Origin: an uncultured virus (IMG/VR IMGVR_UViG_3300034196_000262)
Lineage: Duplodnaviria > Heunggongvirae > Uroviricota > Caudoviricetes
Length of the DNA stretch: 30,967 nt
Reading direction: 5' to 3' (one strand)
IMG/VR virus record: IMGVR_UViG_3300034196_000262
Of the stretch, positions 1-8,840 are shown one piece after another; position 1 is the first letter of the stretch; every line of letters begins with the position of its first letter. Below the pieces are notes generated by a model that worked only from the letters and a program-made list of their open reading frames with translations, was not told the origin of the DNA and did not search any database. Both the position numbers and the translations under genes were made by a program.

Positions 1-372
1 AGGGGATGTTTGAAAAACAGCAACAAACAAAAAGATCTTCCCCGATGTGGGGCAGCGAAAAGCATAGTGGCGTAGTCCACGTCATGCTTCGAAAGCTGAT
101 GCGAAGCAAGAAGCTTGAAGAGCTGTAGGCATTATAGTCAGGGGTGGTAAAAAGAGTAAATTAGACTAACGATCCATTGCTAAAGATCTAAAAAAAGCTA
201 TACCGAGGCAATAAAATACTAAAAAAAATATGATAACTGAATCTCATGCAGCCTATATAAACTAATAGTTCTACGGATTAATGTCATCACTTTAGATCCT
301 ACCTTAAAAAATAAAATGGTTGAAAAACATAGTGTCATTGTTATAAAAAAAGATCTAAAAAAAATTATAATC
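1..372. other. Non-coding structured region: GC-richer hairpin cluster followed by an AT-rich tract with repeated GATC/AGATCT
   Basis: No ORF of 60 aa or more. Nested complementary segments CAGC(53-56)/GCTG(95-98), AGCAT(61-65)/ATGCT(84-88), GTGG(67-70)/CCAC(77-80). GCGAAGC at 101-107. GATC at 34, 171, 185, 295, 352. Function unknown. Confidence 0.35.
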
Positions 373-374
373 AT

Positions 375-402
375 AAAAAAAACCCCTCGAAAGGGGCTTT
401 TT
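375..402. terminator. Intrinsic terminator downstream of endA (bidirectional-looking)
   Basis: A-tract, CCCC-TCGAAA-GGGG, then CTTTTT; T-tract on the minus strand, 15 nt past the endA stop. Confidence 0.8.
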
Positions 403-417
403 GGTATGCTTTTTGAA

Positions 418-1146
418 TTAATCTAGGTTTTCAATATATTTATTTGAGTTACCTTGAACTTCTTTGATGCGTTTGTTCTTAACTCGTTCCCATTGATCAA
501 CTGGGTCTTGCTTGTTCCACACTTCAAACAATTTACGTTGTGCGTCACTGATACGGATACCATAACGTTCAGACATGTAGAAGTAGGTTCTTGCTACGTC
601 ACCACGAACATTAGCTGGTGGTTGAACGGCCTTACCTTTAAAGTCAATCTTCATATCACATTGACCGTAAACAAAGTCAGTGCTGGTAAGAGCAGCGAAA
701 CGGAAGTTGCTTCGATCCATGTTGACTTCACCTACGGCTGGCACAAGGTTATGCAAGTCAATGTAAGCTTGACGGAAGGTTGGGTCTGTTTTCTCACAGT
801 AAGCACGCTTATCCTTGCGGGATTTGTTCTCAATCATACATTTGTTCTGAGCACCAATATGAGCGGCTGGAACGATGTGTTCTGCTTCAATACGTTGAGC
901 ACGACTAAGGTTGCCTTCTTTACGGTTTTGATAACCACAACTTTCAAGGTCAGGAACCAATTTTTTACCCTGTCGATGAATATCACAACCACAATAGAAT
1001 TCTTTGTTATCTTCACTTGCTTTATAGACCTTAGTATAAAGCACTCGCTTCGCTTCACTAAAACTATCAATACTGTTGTTAGCTGCCGAAGCACTGACGC
1101 TAAGAGCCGATGCAAACAACATAACCAAAACGTTTCTCAATTTCAT
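418..1146 (-). CDS. endA: Endonuclease I (EndA/Vvn family), secreted
   Basis: Signal peptide (..ASA-A); motifs FYCGC, IEAEHIVPA, DLHNLVPAVGEVN, RGDVARTYFYM, WNKQDPVDQWE. Start moved to the ATG at 1146, which follows a GAGG RBS. Confidence 0.92.
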   Translation of the reverse strand: MKLRNVLVMLFASALSVSASAANNSIDSFSEAKRVLYTKVYKASEDNKEFYCGCDIHRQGKKLVPDLESCGYQNRKEGNLSRAQRIEAEHIVPAAHIGAQNKCMIENKSRKDKRAYCEKTDPTFRQAYIDLHNLVPAVGEVNMDRSNFRFAALTSTDFVYGQCDMKIDFKGKAVQPPANVRGDVARTYFYMSERYGIRISDAQRKLFEVWNKQDPVDQWERVKNKRIKEVQGNSNKYIENLD

Positions 1147-1175
1147 ATAAGTTCCTCTCATTTATTTAGATGATT

Positions 1176-1204
1176 ATAATATCACAACCGCTTAATTTAG
1201 GCAA
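1176..1204 (-). promoter_or_regulatory. sigma70-type promoter for endA
   Basis: TTGCCT-17 nt-TATTAT on the minus strand. Confidence 0.55.
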
Positions 1205-1212
1205 AGCTTTTT

Positions 1213-2703
1213 TTAAATCTTAAACGTATTTTGTGTCGATTGTTTAACTTCTGCCACACTTTGCTGTTTCTGACTAAACGCTTGTTGGTTATTTCTCAAG
1301 CTTGATAAGGTTTCCATTTGAACTTTGTAATCAATCGCAGCATTCATGCCTTGGTCTAATATAGAATGATTCTTAACAAACTCATTTAACTCTTGTGCCG
1401 TTTTTTTATGATCCCATTTATTATGAGCATTCATCATGGATGTTACAACATCATAATTTGAATCTGACTCAAAAACTTTAGACATTCTTTTAGCAACTTT
1501 TTCTTGTCTAGCTTCATTAGGAACCTCTCTCATTTTTTCAACAGTAAATGTTCCCACTTTTGTTCCCCACTCATTGTAAAGAGGATCATTATTGCCTTCA
1601 TTAATATCCTTCATGATTTTTGCAACAGAGAAATCAACCCCTGAATCTTTTAAGCCAGCTAATTGTTCTGGTGTGAATTTGTGGTTTGATATCTGTTTAG
1701 CCAGAATTCCAGTAAATGAAGCTATATCGCTTGGTTTCATATTGAGTAAATCAGGATTTTTATTAACTAATTGTTTAAGCTCTGCTATACCATAAGTTGT
1801 GTTGTGAGAAATAGTTTTTTCCATTCTCTTCATTCTGAAGTCTATTGCATAGTCAGCCAACTTATTAAACTCTTGCAAACTTTTGGATTCAGCTCCCAAC
1901 ATCATCACTGTCGCCATATCGGAATGAAGTTCTAAGTCAACTTCTCTTTTATCGACCTGATTCTGAATATTGAACTCACGAGATTGATAAAATGAACCAT
2001 GTGCTGCTTCATGATACACAACATACTTAGTTATCAAGTCATGATCTTCTGGCTGAACGCCTATGAAATTAATTATATCATTAACCTCTTTAAAATTAAT
2101 AACAATACGTTCTGCTGTATTGTTGGCTAAAACAGCCGCTGAATGAAGATCTGCAGTCACTTCCACATCGCCATCACGATAGTAAGCCGAATTGATAGGG
2201 GTGTTTTCTAGTTCAATGACGTTATTTTCCCAAAATGGGTTTTTAAACGCTAACGGTGTGCGTTCTGGCATGGTTTTAAGTTGTTCTATACCTGCTGAGC
2301 TGAGTGATGGGACTTCTTTGCCAATATAATTGGTGTTTACAATTTTATTAGATAAATCAATAGTCTCCTGAAAAGTAGCAAGATTTGATTTCACATCCAA
2401 TCCAGAGAAATCAGATTTAACAACAATTTCAGTGGGCATAGGGCTTGATTGCTGTTGAATAACGGTTTCATATTGGGTTTGTGATGAGAGCAAAGCTCCA
2501 AAATCCATATCTTTAATAACAGATAATTGAGACAGTGCGTTAATGCTCGTTGCGGCTAATAACCCTATCAAAACAGCTTTATTTTCTTTTATGTAATTTC
2601 CAAAGTCATACAAAAGACCTTTCGTGGTTTTAAATTCTTCTACTTGGTAAAGTGTATCATCAAAATTTTCTCGTATATTCGAGATTTTATCAAATTTAGA
2701 CAT
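1213..2703 (-). CDS. Membrane-anchored HExxH zinc-metallopeptidase-like protein
   Basis: Hydrophobic segment AVLIGLLAATSINAL near the N-terminus; YVVYHEAAHG followed about 20 aa later by ELHSD (gluzincin-like third ligand). Confidence 0.55.
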   Translation of the reverse strand: MSKFDKISNIRENFDDTLYQVEEFKTTKGLLYDFGNYIKENKAVLIGLLAATSINALSQLSVIKDMDFGALLSSQTQYETVIQQQSSPMPTEIVVKSDFSGLDVKSNLATFQETIDLSNKIVNTNYIGKEVPSLSSAGIEQLKTMPERTPLAFKNPFWENNVIELENTPINSAYYRDGDVEVTADLHSAAVLANNTAERIVINFKEVNDIINFIGVQPEDHDLITKYVVYHEAAHGSFYQSREFNIQNQVDKREVDLELHSDMATVMMLGAESKSLQEFNKLADYAIDFRMKRMEKTISHNTTYGIAELKQLVNKNPDLLNMKPSDIASFTGILAKQISNHKFTPEQLAGLKDSGVDFSVAKIMKDINEGNNDPLYNEWGTKVGTFTVEKMREVPNEARQEKVAKRMSKVFESDSNYDVVTSMMNAHNKWDHKKTAQELNEFVKNHSILDQGMNAAIDYKVQMETLSSLRNNQQAFSQKQQSVAEVKQSTQNTFKI

Positions 2704-2830
2704 ATTATTTCTTTTTGTTTTTTATCATTTTACCATATTTTAGATATAAATAAAATAACAAAGCAATTTTTAAGTTTTTAGTTGATTTAGAGAGGCCGAA
2801 GTGGTATTATCGTGCAAAAGGAGTATAATT

Positions 2831-3379
2831 ATGAAAATAAATAAAATTATGCTGTCAATAATGCTTGCTGCTACTACCATTTTTTCTCAATATGTAGGTG
2901 CTGAAGAACCTGTAAAAGACAATTATCCTACACTGAGTTATCAAGTGATATCAGATGAATACAATATTGCTGTCAGTGTGTTTGCTTTCATGCAAAAACC
3001 TATGTATATTAGTTATCGAAATACAGTCGATTGTGCTTATAAAGATGAAGCTCCTGTATACGAAGATGGTGATTTATACACATCAGGTCTAAAACAAATA
3101 GATCTCTCTGAAAATAGTGAATACCAAATGACTGTTTACCCTATTAAACAAGTCGGTGAGTCTATTGAAACTCTCATGATTTTTATGATTCCTGAAAAAA
3201 GTAAAAATGAACTTTACAAGATTGATGAAAATTGTAGTTTAGAATTAGGCGAAAAAGTATTCAAAAAGTATACTATTATTCAAAAATTTAAACCAAATGA
3301 AATGACACCTGTGAAAGTAGGTAATAATTATGTCGAAGTCAAACTAATCGAACTTGAAACGCCAAAGGAGATCTTATGA
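2831..3379 (+). CDS. Secreted hypothetical protein, weak resemblance to the 12007/12661 proteins
   Basis: GGAG RBS before ATG 2831; signal peptide MKINKIMLSIMLAATTIFSQYVGA; beta-rich C-terminal half. Confidence 0.7.
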   Translation: MKINKIMLSIMLAATTIFSQYVGAEEPVKDNYPTLSYQVISDEYNIAVSVFAFMQKPMYISYRNTVDCAYKDEAPVYEDGDLYTSGLKQIDLSENSEYQMTVYPIKQVGESIETLMIFMIPEKSKNELYKIDENCSLELGEKVFKKYTIIQKFKPNEMTPVKVGNNYVEVKLIELETPKEIL

Positions 3380-3915
3380 ATAAATTAAAAAATGAACTAC
3401 AAGACCATTATCAACTTTACTTCCCTAATGGATTTGTTGATGAACTTGTTAAATTGGGTGCAAAAAATATTGAGACTTCTGTTGAAATTATCAAAGCAAA
3501 CTATTTGAGAAAAGTGACACGATACATTCTAAACGATTATGAATTGGTTGATAGTTATGGTCTAGTCAAATTTAAAGGCAGCATCTTGGTGATTGATCCA
3601 GCAAAACCACTCTATTCCAATGGTGATGAGCGTAAATTTGAGGGTTATGTTGGCATGGGTGCTATTGACTCATTATTTAAAGCCACCAATACTGAACTCA
3701 AAAAAAATATTGAGATTTTTCACTATGGTTCCAGTGCTGTGACTTCATTGAAAGAAGGTTATAAAGATATTGTAACCTCAGAAGCCAAGGTGATGACATT
3801 AATGGGTATTATCGACAATGACAGTCAAAAGATTTACTGGGGTGTAGGTGAAAGCTCTAATGCACTACGTTCTGCTGTGGATTCTTTGCTGTCGGCCATC
3901 AATCGCATTGATTAA
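3376..3915 (+). CDS. Hypothetical protein
   Basis: 179 aa ORF, AAGGAG RBS, ATGA overlap with the upstream stop, followed by a hairpin. Confidence 0.8.
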   Translation: MNKLKNELQDHYQLYFPNGFVDELVKLGAKNIETSVEIIKANYLRKVTRYILNDYELVDSYGLVKFKGSILVIDPAKPLYSNGDERKFEGYVGMGAIDSLFKATNTELKKNIEIFHYGSSAVTSLKEGYKDIVTSEAKVMTLMGIIDNDSQKIYWGVGESSNALRSAVDSLLSAINRID

Positions 3916-3929
3916 AAACACTATCTATT

Positions 3930-3973
3930 AATAATCTATCCTTATGTATCCAATAGGGATAGGTTATTTTTTT
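3930..3973 (+). terminator. Probable intrinsic terminator
   Basis: AATAATCTATCC...GGATAGGTTATT stem followed by a T run, after the 3376-3915 stop. Confidence 0.55.
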
Positions 3974-3984
3974 AAGGAATTAAC

Positions 3985-4070
3985 ATGTCAAAAATTAAAT
4001 TTTTCTTGAAGATTATGTTTGCACCAGTCTTCTAGATGAATTAAAATTAGTTGAAATGAACGCTATCTAG
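3985..4070 (+). pseudogene. Gene relic: RBS plus start joined out of frame to an orphan C-terminal tag (..LLDELKLVEMNAI*)
   Basis: AAGGA-N6-ATG at 3985 opens MSKIKFFLKIMFAPVF*. The -1 frame (3999-4070) reads IFLEDYVCTSLLDELKLVEMNAI*, matching the family tag. Confidence 0.55.
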
Positions 4071-4087
4071 TACATAACAAAAATAAC

Positions 4088-4111
4088 AAAAAAGCCCATC
4101 AGGGCTTTTTT
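4088..4111. terminator. Bidirectional intrinsic terminator
   Basis: AAAAAAGCCC-ATCA-GGGCTTTTTT between convergent units. Confidence 0.85.
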
Positions 4112-4617
4112 TATTGTATTGCAGTAAGTTCTGTTGGAAAGACTAAATCAGTGATAATCCATGTAAACAAATAACGACGACTGAATACAACTTGTTGGGC
4201 CTTTCCTTCCACTTCAAAATTGATAACGAATCTATTTAATCCTTCATACTCATAAGATGAGTGTAATTTTTTACCATCTGGGGTTTTGCCTGTTCTTAAC
4301 GATTCAAGTAATATTGCAATGTTCTCTGGTTCAACAATGACATCAATACCAAACTTAATAGAGCTTTCCATATTTCTTTTTGATTTTATTGCATTGCTAT
4401 CTAAGGTGCTTTCATCCACATTACCAAACAATGTTTTAGAATATCTATTGTATATATTGTTTTCCACTGTAACAGGTTCTACGAAATAATTAAGGATACT
4501 TATCTTTTCCTCTTTAATAGACATAAAGAGATTATGTAAGGCAATGTAAGGTGATACATATAAAGCAAAACAGACTGCTGACACCAATACAAGCACACTA
4601 ATTTTTCTAATTTTCAT
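4111..4617 (-). CDS. DUF2939-like membrane-anchored protein
   Basis: N-terminal TM helix then YVSPYIALHNL; C-terminal YEYEGLNRF...RRYLFTWIITDL resembles DUF2939. Confidence 0.6.
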   Translation of the reverse strand: MKIRKISVLVLVSAVCFALYVSPYIALHNLFMSIKEEKISILNYFVEPVTVENNIYNRYSKTLFGNVDESTLDSNAIKSKRNMESSIKFGIDVIVEPENIAILLESLRTGKTPDGKKLHSSYEYEGLNRFVINFEVEGKAQQVVFSRRYLFTWIITDLVFPTELTAIQ

Positions 4618-4669
4618 TCATTAACTCCAATAATTATAACTTTAAAGATTAACATTTTTTTAAGATATG

Positions 4670-5089
4670 TCAAAGTTTAAGCTTCTTTTTCCTTTTCAAT
4701 TTATCTGTATCGAATACAGGAATAGGCGTAATGCCTTCTGGTATGTTATAGGTCTTAGACATATGACGAATTGTAGGCTCAACTATTCTGCCATCATTTC
4801 TAAAGGCAGCATTCTTAAAACACTGTTCTGGGTTGTTTTCGAAGTATATATAATTGATTGGAATGTTAGGAAAATTCTTTTCTGCAAAGGTCTTAAATCC
4901 ATTCATAGATTGTTCACGACAGAGGTGACAATCAGCAATAATTAAATGATTATCAAAATCCAAAGGGATGTCACCAGCTTTGCGAGGATCATCAACAACA
5001 GTATATTCACCTTTGTTGAAGTTCTTACTGATATAGTCTGATTTACCAGAACCCGGCAAACCGATAAGTAGTGTAATTTGTTTTTGCAT
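4670..5089 (-). CDS. Small P-loop kinase/ATPase (AAA_33-like)
   Basis: Walker A LLIGLPGSGKS; Walker B-like LIIAD; lid CFKNAAFRNDGR. Confidence 0.75.
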   Translation of the reverse strand: MQKQITLLIGLPGSGKSDYISKNFNKGEYTVVDDPRKAGDIPLDFDNHLIIADCHLCREQSMNGFKTFAEKNFPNIPINYIYFENNPEQCFKNAAFRNDGRIVEPTIRHMSKTYNIPEGITPIPVFDTDKLKRKKKLKL

Positions 5090-5138
5090 ATCATGATGTC
5101 CTTAATTTAAGAACAGTATATCACATTTTTTATTTCTT

Positions 5139-5387
5139 TTAAACTTCTACCGCATCAACGATGTCATCTTTGTAAATAGCAATGTTAGTTAAATAGCCAG
5201 TGTTAACATAATAACAGAAATTATCTTCCCCCACGACTTTAACCACTCTCTTTACACGGATCTTACCACCAGACACAGAATATTCCATCAGAAAATTTTT
5301 TCCGACCTTAATCATTTCGAAAGACTCCATTTTATTAGTTGGTTTTTTTGTTGCAATATTGACTTGTTCGACCCAGAAATTGGACAT
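5139..5387 (-). CDS. Hypothetical protein
   Basis: ORF in an operon; AGGA precedes ATG 5387 (alternative start 5432). Confidence 0.6.
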   Translation of the reverse strand: MSNFWVEQVNIATKKPTNKMESFEMIKVGKNFLMEYSVSGGKIRVKRVVKVVGEDNFCYYVNTGYLTNIAIYKDDIVDAVEV

Positions 5388-5438
5388 AAAAAACTTCCTT
5401 ATCAAAAGGAAGTAGTTTACTAGATTCGACATTACTGG

Positions 5439-5990
5439 TCAAGTAATAGTTTCAGTTTCATCCACATCCATAAATATTTCTTTTGCAATCGGGATCATTT
5501 CTTGGAAGTCAGCGAGTTCTGCAACATCTAGATTTAATGTAAATTCACCCATTGTGATGTCGTAGATATCGGCTGGGAATATGTAGAATTGACTGGATAC
5601 TTTGTTTTTAAAGAAATGAGTCAATGGCATAATCTTGAACGCTTTTGTATCAACAAGTTTATCATGAAATGGTTTGTTGGTTTCTTTAATGAAATCAATA
5701 ACATTTTGGAATTCTAGTTTATGGATTAGATACACTCTTTTATAAATGTAAGCATTTTTTCCTTTCAATGATAACTGTGCATTGTCTAAACCGCTATTTT
5801 GATAGTTTTTAATGTTAACGTATTGTTCGATTACATCGCCGTTAATTACGTCTGTTAAATTAGCCCATACCATGTATTCTTTATTGGCTAAAACAAACTT
5901 CAAGTAACTATCCAAGCTATCTATAGCATGTGTAGATATTTTCATGTTCTTATTGTTGTCTATGTGACTGTATGTGATTATTGCACTCAT
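5439..5990 (-). CDS. Hypothetical protein
   Basis: 183 aa ORF with AAGGAG RBS. Confidence 0.75.
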   Translation of the reverse strand: MSAIITYSHIDNNKNMKISTHAIDSLDSYLKFVLANKEYMVWANLTDVINGDVIEQYVNIKNYQNSGLDNAQLSLKGKNAYIYKRVYLIHKLEFQNVIDFIKETNKPFHDKLVDTKAFKIMPLTHFFKNKVSSQFYIFPADIYDITMGEFTLNLDVAELADFQEMIPIAKEIFMDVDETETIT

Positions 5991-6140
5991 ACTTTTATCT
6001 CCTTGTCCTTAATTTTATTTTAAACATTATTAACAATTAGTCAATGATGGCAGAATAAAAAATAAATTTAAAAAACTCATAAAATAAAAGGAAAAACAAG
6101 GGCTTGTCTTATCTTTTAGACATTTTGTTGCGGTCTTTGT

Positions 6141-6383
6141 TTAAACGTAAATATTTATCAAAGTACCAATCTTGTTATTTTCCGCATCTGGAGCATTTGA
6201 TACAGATTGCACTTCATTCACATAATTCGGATCAAGTAACAACTGTTCTGAATGAGAGACTTCACCTGATGTACGTTTATACATTGCAATCGCTTTATTG
6301 ACATGACTGGAGTTGTCAATATTAAGTTTTGTTTCGTTTGAAAGTGCCATACTTTTTCTAACACTATCTAATATATCTAACAT
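6141..6383 (-). CDS. Small hypothetical protein ending GTLINIYV
   Basis: 80 aa ORF with AAGGAG RBS. Confidence 0.65.
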   Translation of the reverse strand: MLDILDSVRKSMALSNETKLNIDNSSHVNKAIAMYKRTSGEVSHSEQLLLDPNYVNEVQSVSNAPDAENNKIGTLINIYV

Positions 6384-6500
6384 AATAGTCTCCTTTTCTC
6401 AAGCCTACTTTAACACGTTGAAGGCTATATGTCAAAAGGATTGAAAAAATAGTAATCTATGTTATCTTGACAAGTAACCAATAGCTTTTAAGGAGTTATC

Positions 6501-6965
6501 ATGATTAAAAAGATAGTCTTAGGTTCATTGCTTGCTTTATCAGTAAGCACATCATTTGCTGGCGTTAAATGCGGTAGCGAAATAGTTGGACTAGATATCA
6601 ATACTGACAGCAGTGTCAAGGAATTGAAAGAATATAGAAAAGAATTGGAAGCAACAAAGGAAAGAGTTGACTACATTTATTATTATACATTGACCCATAA
6701 CAGAATTGTTATCAAGACTGAAAAATTGAAATACAACAGTGCCATTAATCACATAAAAGAAACCTACGCCGCTGATCCTAAAAAGGTGGAGATAATTACC
6801 AGTAAAGAAGGCGAATTATACTCGTCACTGGATGCTGCACTAGACAACATTAACATAAAAACAGAAGATTCTAAGAATCAAAAGCTCTTGGAAATAGATG
6901 ATCAAATAAAATATGTAAATGAATTAATCAGTGAAAGACCTATAATAGAGAGGTTAGGCTTTTAA
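6501..6965 (+). CDS. Secreted, largely helical hypothetical protein
   Basis: AAGGAG RBS; signal peptide MIKKIVLGSLLALSVSTSFA. Confidence 0.8.
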   Translation: MIKKIVLGSLLALSVSTSFAGVKCGSEIVGLDINTDSSVKELKEYRKELEATKERVDYIYYYTLTHNRIVIKTEKLKYNSAINHIKETYAADPKKVEIITSKEGELYSSLDAALDNINIKTEDSKNQKLLEIDDQIKYVNELISERPIIERLGF

Positions 6966-7064
6966 TATATGTACAATTTGGTGCAAAAATGATCAATGGT
7001 ACTTGTATTTGAAAACAAAAGGAATATAATTGTGAACAGAGAAAGTAAACAGAGTGAGGAAAAT

Positions 7065-7604
7065 ATGGATAATAAAAGTGTAGTCCTCTCAGAACTAGAT
7101 AATCATCTACGCCACTTGTTTGAATATCGGTTTTTTAATAAGTTTTACAATGCTGTCGAAATAATATGCCGTTACACTTTGTATGTAACGGCTATTGCTG
7201 TCTTGGCAGGTTCGTATCTTTATTCAAGATCTGAGAGTTATGCTGATATTACTTTTATTGACATTACTAAAATTGTATTTGGTGTTTCTTTTTTGATTAT
7301 CTCTTTGTCAATAATTATTCGAGAGATAACGATATTGTTCTACGGAAAAATATACGGGGAAACATTTAAACAATATGTAGCTGTAAGTGAAGATGATATC
7401 AACAAAATAGTAACAAAATTGAAGAAAGAGTCTAATGATCCATCGTTAATTTACGAAGTGGACAAGATTGTTAAAAGATACAAGTATAAAGAGAATGGTC
7501 TTTATGTAATCTTTACTGATGGTATAAACAAGAAGATAATAAAAGAGTTAATGAAGTTAGAAATTAACTACAAATACTCAAAAAGAGATGAAGAAAGAAG
7601 ATAA
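7065..7604 (+). CDS. Membrane protein with two TM helices
   Basis: GAGGA RBS before ATG 7065; hydrophobic segments YTLYVTAIAVLAGSYLY and IVFGVSFLIISLSIII. Confidence 0.75.
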   Translation: MDNKSVVLSELDNHLRHLFEYRFFNKFYNAVEIICRYTLYVTAIAVLAGSYLYSRSESYADITFIDITKIVFGVSFLIISLSIIIREITILFYGKIYGETFKQYVAVSEDDINKIVTKLKKESNDPSLIYEVDKIVKRYKYKENGLYVIFTDGINKKIIKELMKLEINYKYSKRDEERR

Positions 7605-7625
7605 AAAGACCCTCGGGTCTTTTTT
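7603..7625. terminator. Bidirectional intrinsic terminator
   Basis: AAAAAGACCC-TC-GGGTCTTTTT between convergent stops. Confidence 0.85.
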
Positions 7626-8781
7626 ATTTTCTGTTAATAATCCCACCCACTGAAATCAGTTCATCATTGTGATAGATAAACGGCATATCTTCACGCAACC
7701 ATGTTGGAACCTTTAACTCACTAAACAACTTCTTAACCTCTTTATGGATGTTACCTTGTTTAATAGTGGCTCCATTCACACGATTTTTGACAACTACTTC
7801 ATTAACTGGAATATCAAATCCAGCGTCAGTCAAGATACGAGCAATGTCATAGTCCTTTTTTTCTTTTTTAACGAAATGCAGTTCACCATTGTAACGAGTA
7901 ATGAAATAGTTCTTTTGTTCCCACTTCATTTTAGCGTCATCACGGGCTGGAATGATTTCATTAAAAATAGTATTCAACATGTTTTGAGAAGCTGACTGAC
8001 CAATATGATTAGCCACCCACTTACGAACAATTTGAACTTGCTCATAATCATTGACTTCTTGCAACGCTTGAATACTGATAGTATCAGATTCGGTATCAAA
8101 CATTTTCACATTATTGTCGATATACTGTTTTGCATTCTGAATATGTTCAACACTGTTGCAAATAGATGAAGATGCATTCTTCCAACGAGTTTTAAGCAGT
8201 GGAACCACTTCGTTTCGAATGAAATTACGGTCATATACACTGTCTTTGTTACTTTCGTCTTCAACCCACTGCAAACCTTCGGAAACAGCGTATTCTGTTA
8301 GTTCTTCTTTTCCGATAGACAAGAAAGGGCGACCATGAAAACCTTCGCCAAACGATTTGATTTCAGGCATAGATGACAAACCATCCAGACCAGCACCACG
8401 CATAAGATTCAACATGAAGGTTTCAACCTGATCATCCATATGATGTCCTGTCACAAGAACAGTGCGATCATTCATAACGCTTTCAAAAGCACCGTAGCGA
8501 GCTTTTCGAGCTTTGTCTTCAAGATTACTTTCCCCCAAAAGGTTGAATTTTTCAAATTTGAAGTCTACGGAAAGCGACTGAGCCGTTGCTGAGCAGAAGT
8601 CTTGCCATGTTTTAGCATTATCGGAAATACCATGATTGACATGAAAGGCAATAACCTTTTCTGGAACGATTTTAGCGAAGGCATGAAGAAGCACTTGACT
8701 ATCAACACCACCACTGTATGCGATGACATAGTTATCAAAATCGTATTTAGCGATGAATTGTTTTACAAGTTGCTCAATCAT
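7624..8781 (-). CDS. tilS: tRNA(Ile2) lysidine synthetase
   Basis: PP-loop AYSGGVDS; HVNHG; EDKARKARY; TGHHMDDQVET; RPFL; DESN...YDRNFIR; TilS C-terminal KKLFSELKVPTWLREDMP. Confidence 0.95.
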   Translation of the reverse strand: MIEQLVKQFIAKYDFDNYVIAYSGGVDSQVLLHAFAKIVPEKVIAFHVNHGISDNAKTWQDFCSATAQSLSVDFKFEKFNLLGESNLEDKARKARYGAFESVMNDRTVLVTGHHMDDQVETFMLNLMRGAGLDGLSSMPEIKSFGEGFHGRPFLSIGKEELTEYAVSEGLQWVEDESNKDSVYDRNFIRNEVVPLLKTRWKNASSSICNSVEHIQNAKQYIDNNVKMFDTESDTISIQALQEVNDYEQVQIVRKWVANHIGQSASQNMLNTIFNEIIPARDDAKMKWEQKNYFITRYNGELHFVKKEKKDYDIARILTDAGFDIPVNEVVVKNRVNGATIKQGNIHKEVKKLFSELKVPTWLREDMPFIYHNDELISVGGIINRK

Positions 8782-8811
8782 GAATAATATCCTTACCGTT
8801 TAAGTGAGGCT

Positions 8812-8840
8812 ATTATAACAAAAAATGGGGGATAGATCAA
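8812..8840 (-). promoter_or_regulatory. sigma70-type promoter for tilS
   Basis: TTGATC-17 nt-TATAAT with extended -10 TG. Confidence 0.7.

Noticed and set aside
1..130. tRNA or CRISPR array
   Set aside because: No cloverleaf with T/D-loop consensus and no regularly spaced repeat-spacer units here or elsewhere in the window.
454..1173. 239-aa plus-strand ORF
   Set aside because: Antisense shadow of endA with no motifs of its own.
3991..4005. Programmed -1 frameshift joining the relic start to the orphan tag
   Set aside because: ATT AAA TTT TTC does not form a canonical X XXY YYZ heptamer in frame and no stimulatory structure is evident; a deletion or indel is simpler.
6141..6383. YjfB-like motility protein call from the GTLINIYV ending
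   Set aside because: Only a short terminal resemblance; not enough to name it.
7744..8787. Three short plus-strand ORFs
   Set aside because: Antisense to tilS.
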